A stretch of 64,000 bases of DNA. Source: Bacillota bacterium (GTDB taxonomy: Bacteria > Bacillota > Clostridia > Peptostreptococcales > Anaerovoracaceae). Location: assembly GCA_019420305.1 (NCBI GenBank), contig JAHZHL010000005.1, positions 13,480-77,479 on the forward strand, given 5' to 3'. The translations under genes were made by a program, and so were the position numbers. The notes under the pieces are model-generated. The model was not told the DNA's origin. It worked only from the letters and a program-made list of their open reading frames with translations, and searched no databases. The first letter of the stretch is position 1; each line of letters opens with the position of its first letter. Positions 19,172-28,400 of this stretch are shown one piece after another.

Positions 19172-20282
19172 AGAAACCGAAAACTTAATAAGAGCAGAGA
19201 AACAAAACTATCGGAAAAAAATCTGGCTGCTGACGGGGATCGCACTTTTTATATTCCTGTTTTCGCTGTGTTTGAAAACAATTGAAACCGGATTTGTTTC
19301 GCCAGCAGAAGTTTTGGCCAATTATAAAGCGTGGATTCAGATCAATATGGGAAAATGGTTTGAATGGCCGGTTTACCTGCAGCGGACACAGATTATCGAT
19401 GGACTTCCATATTACTATGATTCTATCTCTCGTTTAAAAATAACGGCAATTACCTTTGGGTGCGGCATGCTTTTAGCTATGTCCGGCCACCTGTTCCAAA
19501 GTGTGTTCCGAAATCCGATTGCAGCCCCTACTATGCTAGGTGTCAACACAGGGGTTAACTTGGGAATCCTTTTTCTGGTTCTGCAATACGGCGGTCTTGC
19601 GACAGGTATGCCATATCAGAAGTATGTATATTGTTATACCGGCGCGGTGCTGATGTTGATTCTGGTTCTTGGTGTAGGAAAACTTTCCAGTGGGAAGAAA
19701 AAATTCTCTGTATTTGATCTGCTGATTGTGGGAGCCATTTTGTCTCAGGTAGTCGGCGCAGTGCGGACATATTATACCTTTAGCATGGAGAATGATGAAG
19801 TTTTGCTGCTAAATGAAATTTCCAACGCGATTACCGTCAATACAGATAATATCTCTTTTGTTTTTCTGGGGGCGGCGTTACTGATCTGTATTGTGCCTGT
19901 TTATTTCATTCGTTTTAGCTTTAATGCGGTAAGTTTTGAGAATGATGAGGCGAGAAGCTTTGGTGTGAATACAATGGCGCTGAAAGTAGGTTCATTAATA
20001 CTGGGGACCTTTATGATTACTGCGGCTATGGTTCATTGCGGCAGCGTCGGAATGGTATCACTGATTGCTCCTTTTCTCAGCCGATCGATCTTTGGCGCGG
20101 AATCGCGAAAGGTTTTTTGGGGGAATCTTCTGGTTGGAGGCACGCTCCTTGTAGTATGCAGAGATATTGCTTCCATGATCTATTTTACTTCAGAGGGTTT
20201 ACCGATTGGAACCGTTGTTGATTTTGTGGCAGTGCCAATCTTTGTAATTATACTGGTAACACAAAGGAGGGTATGGGAATGA
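19155..20282 (+). CDS. FecCD-family ABC permease (second subunit)
   Basis: Contains NPIAAPTMLGVNTGVNLG and ENDEARSFGV motifs. I chose ATG 19155, which overlaps the upstream stop by 17 nt; the track start is 19131. Confidence 0.85.
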   Translation: MQIGLKETENLIRAEKQNYRKKIWLLTGIALFIFLFSLCLKTIETGFVSPAEVLANYKAWIQINMGKWFEWPVYLQRTQIIDGLPYYYDSISRLKITAITFGCGMLLAMSGHLFQSVFRNPIAAPTMLGVNTGVNLGILFLVLQYGGLATGMPYQKYVYCYTGAVLMLILVLGVGKLSSGKKKFSVFDLLIVGAILSQVVGAVRTYYTFSMENDEVLLLNEISNAITVNTDNISFVFLGAALLICIVPVYFIRFSFNAVSFENDEARSFGVNTMALKVGSLILGTFMITAAMVHCGSVGMVSLIAPFLSRSIFGAESRKVFWGNLLVGGTLLVVCRDIASMIYFTSEGLPIGTVVDFVAVPIFVIILVTQRRVWE

Positions 20283-21061
20283 AGCTAGAGTTGCGTGATG
20301 TGGCCTGCGGTTATTCAGATAAAAAAAATATACTGGAGCATGTCAGCTTTGAGGTGAATACGGGGGAGATCTGCTGTATTCTGGGGCCGAATGGAGTGGG
20401 AAAAACAACGCTTTTTAAGACCATCCTGCGTCTGATGAAAGCCACTGGCGGAAGCATTCTTCTGGATGGAGAAGATATTTCAAAACTTTCTCCCTTTCAG
20501 ATGGCACAGGCAATGGCCTATGTTTCCCAGTATCATGTACCGCCGTTTCCCTATGTGGTAAAAGATGTAGTCATGTTGGGAAGAATCAGCAGTGTCCGCT
20601 ATTTTGGACAACCTTCCAAGCGAGATTATGAAATTGCTGAGCAGGCTATGGAAGATATGGGAATTCGGCACCTCAGGGAAGCAGTTTATACGGATATTTC
20701 CGGTGGAGAGCGGCAGCTTGTTATGGTTGCAAGGGCGTTGGCGCAGGAACCGCGCTTTTTGGTACTCGATGAGCCTACTGCAAGCCTGGATTATGGAAAT
20801 ATGGTTCGCGTGATGCAGAAGATAAAGAATCTCAGTGGGAAAGGTTATGGGATTATTATGACGACCCATAATCCGGACCAGGCATTTATGTGTGAATCCA
20901 AGGTTGCCCTTCTGCAGCGGAACGCGCCGGTAAAATTCGGAAACGCGGCAGATGTTGTAACCCGGAAAAATCTGTACGATGCTTACAAAGTCGATGTACG
21001 GGTTGTAGAATTCGCTACAAAAGAGGGAAAACGCGTAAGACTATGCGCCCCGGTTTTTTAG
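20279..21061 (+). CDS. ABC transporter ATP-binding protein (FepC/FecE/BtuD-like)
   Basis: Walker A GPNGVGKTT, signature ISGGERQ, Walker B FLVLDEPT. ATG 20279 forms an ATGA overlap with the permease stop and has better RBS spacing (aaggaggg) than 20273. Confidence 0.9.
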   Translation: MKLELRDVACGYSDKKNILEHVSFEVNTGEICCILGPNGVGKTTLFKTILRLMKATGGSILLDGEDISKLSPFQMAQAMAYVSQYHVPPFPYVVKDVVMLGRISSVRYFGQPSKRDYEIAEQAMEDMGIRHLREAVYTDISGGERQLVMVARALAQEPRFLVLDEPTASLDYGNMVRVMQKIKNLSGKGYGIIMTTHNPDQAFMCESKVALLQRNAPVKFGNAADVVTRKNLYDAYKVDVRVVEFATKEGKRVRLCAPVF

Positions 21062-21101
21062 AGAACCGATAAAAAGACATGAATCAAAGAGGAACAATAA
21101 T

Positions 21102-22085
21102 ATGAACTTAACAAAAGAAGAACTGGAATTTAGTACAAAACAGATTAATCGGATTATCAATAACATTGAAACTGTGATCATTGGTAAACGAAGCGCGGTG
21201 GAACTGGTTGTCATGGCTCTGATCTGCGGTGGCCATGTATTGATTGAAGACGTGCCGGGAGTTGGTAAGACAAGCCTTGTTTCCGCGCTGGCAAAATCCA
21301 TTGCCTGTCATTTTAAGCGGATTCAGTTTACCCCTGACATTATGCCATCGGATGTAACCGGATTTTCGATTTTCAATCAGAAAACCCGAGAATTCGAATT
21401 TCGTCCAGGGGCGGTCATCAGCAACATCGTGCTGGCAGATGAAATCAATCGCGCGTCGGCGAAAACACAGGCGAGCCTTCTGGAAGTTATGGAAGAGCGG
21501 CAGATTACAGTAGATTCCAAAACTTACCGGATGCCGGAACCGTTTATGGTATTGGCAACACAGAACCCGCTGGAATCTTTCGGGACATACCCGCTTCCCG
21601 AAGCGCAGATTGACCGTTTTCTTATAAAACTATCTATAGGCTATCCGTCTTTTGATGAAGAGGTAAAAGTCGTATCTATGGGAAAATCAGCAAAAGCAGC
21701 GATTAAGGCTGTTGTTTCAGGGCAGGATATCGTTAATCTGAGGAAAGCTTCCGAACGGGTTTATATCGATCCGTCTGTTGCCAGGTATATTGTTGAGATC
21801 GTAACTGCTACTCGAAACCATCCGGAAATTCAAATAGGAAGCAGCCCGAGAGGTGGGATTGCGTTATATGGAATCTGCCGCGCGTATGCTATGTACAGAG
21901 GAAGAAATTATGTAATACCAGATGATGTGAAAAAGCTGGCTCCCCATGTAATTTGCCATCGGATTGCGCTGACCCACGAAGCGAAAATTGATAAAAGAAC
22001 CCCGCAGCAGGTGATGGACTCGATTTTAAACAGTATTATTGTCCCCACAGGGCAGGAAACCGGCAGTAAGGAAAAGCAGGCATGA
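21102..22085 (+). CDS. MoxR-family AAA+ ATPase
   Basis: Contains GHVLIEDVPGVGKT and ADEINRASAKTQASLLEVMEERQITV, the typical AAA_3/MoxR signatures. 327 aa. Confidence 0.9.
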   Translation: MNLTKEELEFSTKQINRIINNIETVIIGKRSAVELVVMALICGGHVLIEDVPGVGKTSLVSALAKSIACHFKRIQFTPDIMPSDVTGFSIFNQKTREFEFRPGAVISNIVLADEINRASAKTQASLLEVMEERQITVDSKTYRMPEPFMVLATQNPLESFGTYPLPEAQIDRFLIKLSIGYPSFDEEVKVVSMGKSAKAAIKAVVSGQDIVNLRKASERVYIDPSVARYIVEIVTATRNHPEIQIGSSPRGGIALYGICRAYAMYRGRNYVIPDDVKKLAPHVICHRIALTHEAKIDKRTPQQVMDSILNSIIVPTGQETGSKEKQA

Positions 22086-23368
22086 AACTACAGTTGCCGA
22101 AACGATGGAAGCTTCGCAGAGCTGGAAAAAGAAAAAAGAATCCGAAAAGACGGATAATGGTAAAAAAAATTATTTTTTGCGTACTGGCAGTCGCAATTAC
22201 CGGTGTGCCCGCAGTTTTCCTTAATACGATCTACGGCTATCTGCCGGGGATCGTCGTTGTCCTGGGAATTGCGATATCATACGGATATCTGCATATTCTG
22301 AAAAGGACACTGACTTTTACAGAGTTATCGGATCTGTCAAACTGCGAAAGAGGAACTCAGGTGGAATTTTCCGTACGGATTAAGAACCGATTTTTTCTGG
22401 TTTACCCGAAGCTGGAATTGTATTTTTATATTTCGGATCTCTTCGGTGAAGAGGATACGGTTACAAAGTCCGTCATTACGCTGGCTCCAAAGGAAGTTCG
22501 CCAGTTTGACTTTTCCGTGCGATTTGATCACATCGGAACATACAGCGCCGGATTAAAGAGGATGAAGAGCTACGATCTGCTGGGATTGTTTACATATGAA
22601 CAGAAGAATCCAAAGGAATATCAGATAAATGTGGCGCCGAAAATTTTTGATGTCGCCAGCCTGCAGATTTCAAATACAACTATGACGGAGAGTCAGAAAA
22701 TGGTGATCCCCACTGTAATTGATGGCTCAGACTATGCAGGCGTAAGGGAATATGTATGGGGAGACCCGATTAAGACAATCCACTGGAAGTTGTCAGCCAG
22801 AACAGAAACCTATATGACGAAACAGTTTGAAAGTTATGGAGTGATGGGAATCAGTATTATTCTGGATTTCCTGTCCCCGGAATATGAAGCGGAAGTCCTG
22901 ATGAGCATGTTCGACAGTGTGGTGGAAACCGGACTTTCTGTCGCAGAGTACGCGGAAGAAAACGGGATGGAATATGAAATTCTATATACGGATCGTAAAG
23001 GAGAAAAGAAAAAAGCAAATACAGGCCGGCAGACCGATTATGTGCAGATGATTCAGGATATGCCGAAGATTTCTACGGATCAAAGTATTTCATCAGGAAT
23101 CGGGATTCTGCGGGAGGAATGTAACAATCTTTACTCCCAGGGAAATATCGCCTTTTGTACGGCGAACCTTACCCAGGAAGCTGTGGACCTTTTGATCGAG
23201 ATTCACAATAAAAGGAAGAATCCAATTTTGTTCCTGATGATACCAGAGCATATGAAAGAGGAAGAAAGAGAGGATTATCTGAAACCTTTAGGAAATCTGG
23301 ACAGCGCGAATGTGTTTTATTATATTCTGTCTTCTGCCAGGGAACTGGGCGGAGGTGAGAAAAAATGA
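22082..23368 (+). CDS. DUF58-family protein (vWA-like partner of MoxR) with two N-terminal TM helices
   Basis: DUF58 signature DYAGVREYVWGDPIKTIHWKLSARTETYMTKQFE. ATGA overlap with the moxR stop. Confidence 0.8.
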   Translation: MKLQLPKRWKLRRAGKRKKNPKRRIMVKKIIFCVLAVAITGVPAVFLNTIYGYLPGIVVVLGIAISYGYLHILKRTLTFTELSDLSNCERGTQVEFSVRIKNRFFLVYPKLELYFYISDLFGEEDTVTKSVITLAPKEVRQFDFSVRFDHIGTYSAGLKRMKSYDLLGLFTYEQKNPKEYQINVAPKIFDVASLQISNTTMTESQKMVIPTVIDGSDYAGVREYVWGDPIKTIHWKLSARTETYMTKQFESYGVMGISIILDFLSPEYEAEVLMSMFDSVVETGLSVAEYAEENGMEYEILYTDRKGEKKKANTGRQTDYVQMIQDMPKISTDQSISSGIGILREECNNLYSQGNIAFCTANLTQEAVDLLIEIHNKRKNPILFLMIPEHMKEEEREDYLKPLGNLDSANVFYYILSSARELGGGEKK

Positions 23369-24705
23369 AGTTCGGATATTACATAAAAAACTGCATATGG
23401 GAATGGATCCTTTGCTCTGTAATCGCCTGCAGTCTCAGCATGATTATTTTTAATGGATTTTACATCGCGGCAGATCGGCAGAGCAACTACGCGGTCATTA
23501 TTACAATGACAGCAGTGCTTACCGCAATTTGCTTCGCAGGGGCCTACAGTAAGAAAAGCGCGTGGATCGCGCTGGCTTCCGGGATCGCGGCTGCAGTTGC
23601 GGGTCTCATTCTTTTGCGCCAGTCGGAACCCCTGCGGAATGTGTTTCGGGATCAGGAGAGCAATCCTTATTTATATTTCCTGATTCTGATTCTAACTGCG
23701 CTGGCAGTCTTTTTTCTCAGTCGAACCCGGACCGGAACCGGCATCTTATTTGTAGCGGGAGCTTTCCTGACCGCGGCGATCCAGTTCCTGTATGAATCCG
23801 GCCATCTTTACGCGATGTTGCTGTTTTTATGCGGCTGTGGAACAATGTATATTTATAAGAATTATCAGAAGAACGTTTTGGGGTCGGAAACCCTGAAAAC
23901 AGCCTTTGGGAGGACTTTCGCCATTTCCACGGTCTTATGTATGATAGTTTTAGCGCTTTCTGCGGGTGTCTTTTATGGAATTGTAAAGCCGTTGGATCCA
24001 CCGAAGCAGGATCTCAAATTGATTACAAAATATATGGCGCTGGAAGTTCTGGAAAAAGTCGGAATTGCAGATACCCACATTATGAATGACAGCGAGGAAC
24101 GGACAAATAATGTAAACGATAATGAAAAGGACAGTAAACAGAAAGGTGATAGGAAGGAAGACAAGTCGGAAGGTGATCAGGAAAAACAGAAGGATGAAAA
24201 GAAAAAAGAACAGAGAAATAACCCTTCCAGGCTGGATAACTCCAAGAAAAACAAGCTGTTTTACGCGATAAAATACACGACAGAATTTCTTACTCCATTT
24301 TTATTGATTCCGTTATTTTGCTTGCTGATCGCCACAGCGATCCTGATAAAATTGTGGGTCAGACGAAGATGGTTGAAAAAAACAATGGAACAGCCGAAAA
24401 AGGAGCAGATCCTGCGAATGTATCATCTGTACCTGAAAAAATTCAGGCATCTTAAAATTCGAAAAGCCCCGGAGGAAACCCCTTTTGAATTTAAAGAAAG
24501 GGTCGCTCCACATCTTAGGGCATTTAACGAGGAAAATGTATCGTTTTCCACACTGACCGATATCTTCGTCCGGGCAAAGTACAGCGAAGCGGTTCCGGAT
24601 GAAAAGGAATATCAATGCTATTTAACGTTCCACAAGACGTTTTATAAAAACTGCAGGAAATATCTTGGGAACTTTAAATATATGTTAAAATTTTTCATTT
24701 TATAA
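23365..24705 (+). CDS. polytopic membrane protein with a C-terminal DUF4129-like domain (TgpA-like, no transglutaminase core visible)
   Basis: About 6 N-terminal TM helices, a Lys/Glu/Asp-rich linker and one more TM. The cytoplasmic tail ILRMYHLYLKKFRHLKIRKAPEETPFEF...FVRAKYSE resembles DUF4129. ATGA overlap with the DUF58 gene stop. Confidence 0.6.
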   Translation: MKFGYYIKNCIWEWILCSVIACSLSMIIFNGFYIAADRQSNYAVIITMTAVLTAICFAGAYSKKSAWIALASGIAAAVAGLILLRQSEPLRNVFRDQESNPYLYFLILILTALAVFFLSRTRTGTGILFVAGAFLTAAIQFLYESGHLYAMLLFLCGCGTMYIYKNYQKNVLGSETLKTAFGRTFAISTVLCMIVLALSAGVFYGIVKPLDPPKQDLKLITKYMALEVLEKVGIADTHIMNDSEERTNNVNDNEKDSKQKGDRKEDKSEGDQEKQKDEKKKEQRNNPSRLDNSKKNKLFYAIKYTTEFLTPFLLIPLFCLLIATAILIKLWVRRRWLKKTMEQPKKEQILRMYHLYLKKFRHLKIRKAPEETPFEFKERVAPHLRAFNEENVSFSTLTDIFVRAKYSEAVPDEKEYQCYLTFHKTFYKNCRKYLGNFKYMLKFFIL

Positions 24706-24720
24706 TGAGGAGGTTACATT

Positions 24721-26967
24721 ATGAAACTCAAAAAAAGAACGCTATCTCTTGTCATTGTGCTGACCATGGTAGCGACTCTGTTTGTGCCTATTACGGCGTC
24801 GGCGGCAGAGACTGCCACATGGGACCCGCCGACAGAGGCAATGGAGGTCGATCCAGATATCGTAAAGGTGGCGGGGCACGCCGCGAATACAACTGCAGTC
24901 CATTATCTGGGCGGCGATCTGGTGACAGCGAGATCTTCGGATCTGACAAAAGGAACGACCGAAGCCAGCAGCGCGGCAGAAAAGCTGGCGGCAGCTTCCA
25001 CAATTACGGAGCTGGGCGCTTTCGGGAGCTCTATCAACGTAAGTCCGGATCCGTACTGGTGGAATTATTTCTACAATCTGTATGATGCGGCGAATAACGA
25101 TGGAGAAAATCAGGCCCCGGCTTCCGATACAGTACAGCTGGTAAGTGCGAATCCGATGGGCGCGGATCTGACACCGGTTTCCGGGTATGAAAATCTGACA
25201 GTAAGCGGAACCGATCAGGTGCCGCATTCTGTAGGGATGAAGCCGGATGTTTTCCTCGGGATTAACGGAAGCGGAGGAAAGACATATGACGATTATCTGA
25301 TCCTTATGAAGGATTATGTGGATAACGGGGGAGACTGGAATCCGATTCAGGTGAACTATAAAGCGACTGATCTGAATGACTTTATCGAAGATATGTACAA
25401 CTTGTCCGAAGCCATTGTAAAGAGCGGCAAAGAAGGCCGATATGGAGATACCGAAGCCATCGCCAAAAATTATGAAGCATATATCAAAGGCTTGCAACTT
25501 TATGTTATGAAGCAGATTGACGATGGCAAAGTCGATAAAAAAACAGTGGCGATTGTTGACCCAGAAACATTAAGCGACGGACATTATCAGGCATATAACA
25601 GCAGTATGTCCAAGGGAACTGCGGCTTCCTGCAGAGCGGCAGAGTATGTAGAAAATACTACGAACAATATTATTGACACAGAAGGAATTGAGAATACTGG
25701 TACAGCTGCCAGTCCGCAGTATCTGGCTACAGCAGAACAGATTACGAAGGCTGATGCGATTTTTATTACGGTACAAGCACAGATCAACATGTCAGAAGAG
25801 CAGTTCGCCAGTGAACTGGCAGAGGCTGCCGGTGTGGAAGTAGAAGAGCTTCCTCCGATCTATGCCTATGATCCAAACGGAGCTTTCTCTATCCGCGCGA
25901 ACTCAGCAGAAAACTTTGTGGGAATCGGACAGTATCAGGGATTCCTGTATCCGGAAGTGATTAATCCGGTTTACGCGGCAGCTTATGTATACCAGAACTT
26001 TTATCATCTGAATGAAGCGGACTATAAGGCTTTGACGCAGTATGCTCTTTCCGAAGCTTCCCTGCCGGAAGGCTATGATGGAGCAGATACTGCAGGTTAT
26101 ACAAAAGAGTATATTGATGATCGGATTGCAGAAGGAATTCAGTACTATAAAAATAATGTAGGTACCTATGAAGACACGAAGCTGGCGCTTACCGAGGATT
26201 ATGACAGAAATATTGACAGATCGATTGATTTTTCGAGGGTAACCATCTCGGCTATCGCAAATCAGATGTATACAGGAAAAGCGCTGACACCGGCAATAAC
26301 AGTAAAAGATGGGGAAAAAGTACTGAAAAACGGAACCGATTATACAGTGACCTATCGGAATAATGTGAATAAAGGAAGAGCAACGGTAACCGTTACGGGA
26401 AAGGGAACTTATAAAGGACAAAAGACGGTTTATTTCAATATTGTAAGTAAATCCATCACAGGAGCAACCGTCTCCGCCATCGGAACCAAGACATACAATG
26501 GAAGAGTCCAGAGACCGGCAGTAACTGTAAAACTCGGAACCACGACTCTGAAAAATAATACAGACTACAAAGTTGCTTACAGCACAAACAAGAATCCGGG
26601 TAAAGCGACTGTAACCATTACAGGCGCCGGAAACTACGCCGGAACGAAAAAAGTGACCTTCAAAATTAAGCCGAAAAAAGCGACGGTAAGAAAAACAAAG
26701 ACTTATAAAAAAAGAAAGCTGAAAGTAACCTGGAAAAGAGACAGTCTTGCTACCGGCTACCAGGTAGTAGTCGGCACTAATGCGAAAGTAACAAAGAATA
26801 AGAAGGTGATCAATGTTACAAGGAATAAGACTACCAGCAAGACTTTCAAAAAGCTGAAGAGAGGCAAGAGATACTACGTAAAAGTAAGATCTTATAAAAA
26901 GGTGGATGGCAAGAAGCTTTACGGCGCTTACAGCAAGGTTAAGAGATCTGCGAAGATTAAGCGGTAA
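24721..26967 (+). CDS. secreted protein: class III SBP-like N-terminal domain fused to two Ig-like repeats and a basic FN3-like C-terminus
   Basis: Signal peptide ...VPITASAAE. SBP-like pattern GMKPDVFLGING ... NPIQVNYKATDLNDFIEDMYNLSEAIVKSGK ... AIAKNYEAYIKGLQLYVMKQ ... KKTVAIVDP ... ADAIFIT. The tail is paralogous to the end of the 1542-aa protein. Confidence 0.6.
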   Translation: MKLKKRTLSLVIVLTMVATLFVPITASAAETATWDPPTEAMEVDPDIVKVAGHAANTTAVHYLGGDLVTARSSDLTKGTTEASSAAEKLAAASTITELGAFGSSINVSPDPYWWNYFYNLYDAANNDGENQAPASDTVQLVSANPMGADLTPVSGYENLTVSGTDQVPHSVGMKPDVFLGINGSGGKTYDDYLILMKDYVDNGGDWNPIQVNYKATDLNDFIEDMYNLSEAIVKSGKEGRYGDTEAIAKNYEAYIKGLQLYVMKQIDDGKVDKKTVAIVDPETLSDGHYQAYNSSMSKGTAASCRAAEYVENTTNNIIDTEGIENTGTAASPQYLATAEQITKADAIFITVQAQINMSEEQFASELAEAAGVEVEELPPIYAYDPNGAFSIRANSAENFVGIGQYQGFLYPEVINPVYAAAYVYQNFYHLNEADYKALTQYALSEASLPEGYDGADTAGYTKEYIDDRIAEGIQYYKNNVGTYEDTKLALTEDYDRNIDRSIDFSRVTISAIANQMYTGKALTPAITVKDGEKVLKNGTDYTVTYRNNVNKGRATVTVTGKGTYKGQKTVYFNIVSKSITGATVSAIGTKTYNGRVQRPAVTVKLGTTTLKNNTDYKVAYSTNKNPGKATVTITGAGNYAGTKKVTFKIKPKKATVRKTKTYKKRKLKVTWKRDSLATGYQVVVGTNAKVTKNKKVINVTRNKTTSKTFKKLKRGKRYYVKVRSYKKVDGKKLYGAYSKVKRSAKIKR

Positions 26968-27024
26968 GCTGTAACGTTTCTTTGAGCAGAACAAACAGCG
27001 TAGTTAGTCCGTCAGAATGTGAGG

Positions 27025-27067
27025 AAACTGCGGCAGCATAAAAGCAGATGTTGCCGCGGTTTTCTTT
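27025..27067 (+). terminator. rho-independent terminator closing the nine-gene operon
   Basis: 15-bp stem aaactgcggcagcat / atgttgccgcggttt (two G-U pairs) followed by tctttat. Confidence 0.7.
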
Positions 27068-27094
27068 ATGGTATATCATAGAGGGAGGTATCTT

Positions 27095-28276
27095 ATGGAT
27101 TTTACAAAATTGCCAAAACGCGGCGAAGCGATTTCTTTGCTTTTTGAAAACTGGCAGCCTGTGCCTGACATAATGGAGATCGATGTGGCGGAAGCGGAAG
27201 GATATGCGCTTGCCGAAAACCAGTACGCGGCATTTTCGATCCCGGTAGTGCGGGCTTCCGGGATGGATGGTATCGCGGTGCGATACGATGATTTCGCGGA
27301 GGGGGTTCCGGATACGTCAGGCTGGGAAGAAGGAAGGGAATATGTGCGGGCGGATACGGGAGACGACTTTGACGACGCCTATGATACGGTCATTCCCATT
27401 GAACGGGTCACGATATCGGAGCAGGGAGGAATTTCTCTGGATACGGGGTTGAAGATCGAGAGAGGGATGCATGTCCTGGGAAAAGGTTCTATGCTGTGGG
27501 AAGGCCAGCTTCTGGCAGAAAAAGGCACGATGCTTCAGGGTCGGCATCTGGCAGCATTAGTCTCCGGCGGCGTACAGATCGTTCCTGTGATAAAAAAGCC
27601 GAAGGTTGGATTTATTCCTACTGGAAGCGAGTTGGTTCCCGCGGGAACAACGCCGAAGCGGGGGCAGAATATTGACAGCAACAGTGTTCTGGCAAAATCC
27701 ATGCTGCGGGAAATGGGGGCGGAGCCGATATGCTACCCGATTGTAAGAGACAGCAGAGATGAACTGGAGCAGGCGTTGGATAAGGCTCTTTCGGAATGCG
27801 ATATTGTTATTATTAACGCAGGGTCATCCAAAGGAAAAGAAGATTTTAATACAAGACTGCTGCGGGAAAAGGGAAACTTGCTGTGTCATGGGGTAGGCGC
27901 GGTGCCGGGAAGACCTATGGGAGTGGCAGTCATTGACGGAAAGGCGGTTATCAATGTGGCGGGGCCGTCTATGGCGGCTTTTTACGGGATGGAATGGATG
28001 ATACGCGGCATTGTATGCAGATGGATGAATGTTCCTGTTCCGGAGCGCCCGGTTATACGAGCGGAGCTTTTAGAAGATCTTCCGGCACCGCCGTTTTTTG
28101 AGCGTATGGCCTTTGTGGATCTGAGCGAAAAGGATGGAAAGTATTACGCGAGACCGCATGAACGGGGCGAAAAAGGAAGGCGGCATGCCCTATCATCAGA
28201 AGGTATTTTTATATCCTCTCTGGGAAAGGGCGGATCAAAAAGAGGAGAGAGCATTGAAGTTCAGCGGCTGGATTGA
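27095..28276 (+). CDS. moeA: molybdopterin molybdenumtransferase (MoeA family)
   Basis: Contains RASGMDGIAV, IPTGSELV and NAGSSKGKEDF motifs. I chose ATG 27095, which follows the gggagg RBS, over the listed 27068. Confidence 0.8.
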   Translation: MDFTKLPKRGEAISLLFENWQPVPDIMEIDVAEAEGYALAENQYAAFSIPVVRASGMDGIAVRYDDFAEGVPDTSGWEEGREYVRADTGDDFDDAYDTVIPIERVTISEQGGISLDTGLKIERGMHVLGKGSMLWEGQLLAEKGTMLQGRHLAALVSGGVQIVPVIKKPKVGFIPTGSELVPAGTTPKRGQNIDSNSVLAKSMLREMGAEPICYPIVRDSRDELEQALDKALSECDIVIINAGSSKGKEDFNTRLLREKGNLLCHGVGAVPGRPMGVAVIDGKAVINVAGPSMAAFYGMEWMIRGIVCRWMNVPVPERPVIRAELLEDLPAPPFFERMAFVDLSEKDGKYYARPHERGEKGRRHALSSEGIFISSLGKGGSKRGESIEVQRLD

Positions 28277-28400
28277 AAAGTTAACCCGCTTTTAACACAA
28301 GTGCGAATCATTTAACACAGGCTTGCTTGTATTTTACGGTGCCTGCGCATACACTTTTATTATAGAAATCGGAATGAAATATGTGAAAGTGGGGGATTTT

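Noticed and set aside
25903-26994. 363-aa minus-strand ORF inside the SBP-like/Ig/FN3 gene. Similar antisense ORFs occur at 8499-9359, 5365-6249, 24742-25497 and 11580-12287.
   Set aside because: All of these lie opposite genes with strong family signatures. Their translations are low-complexity with no signals. Treated as non-coding.
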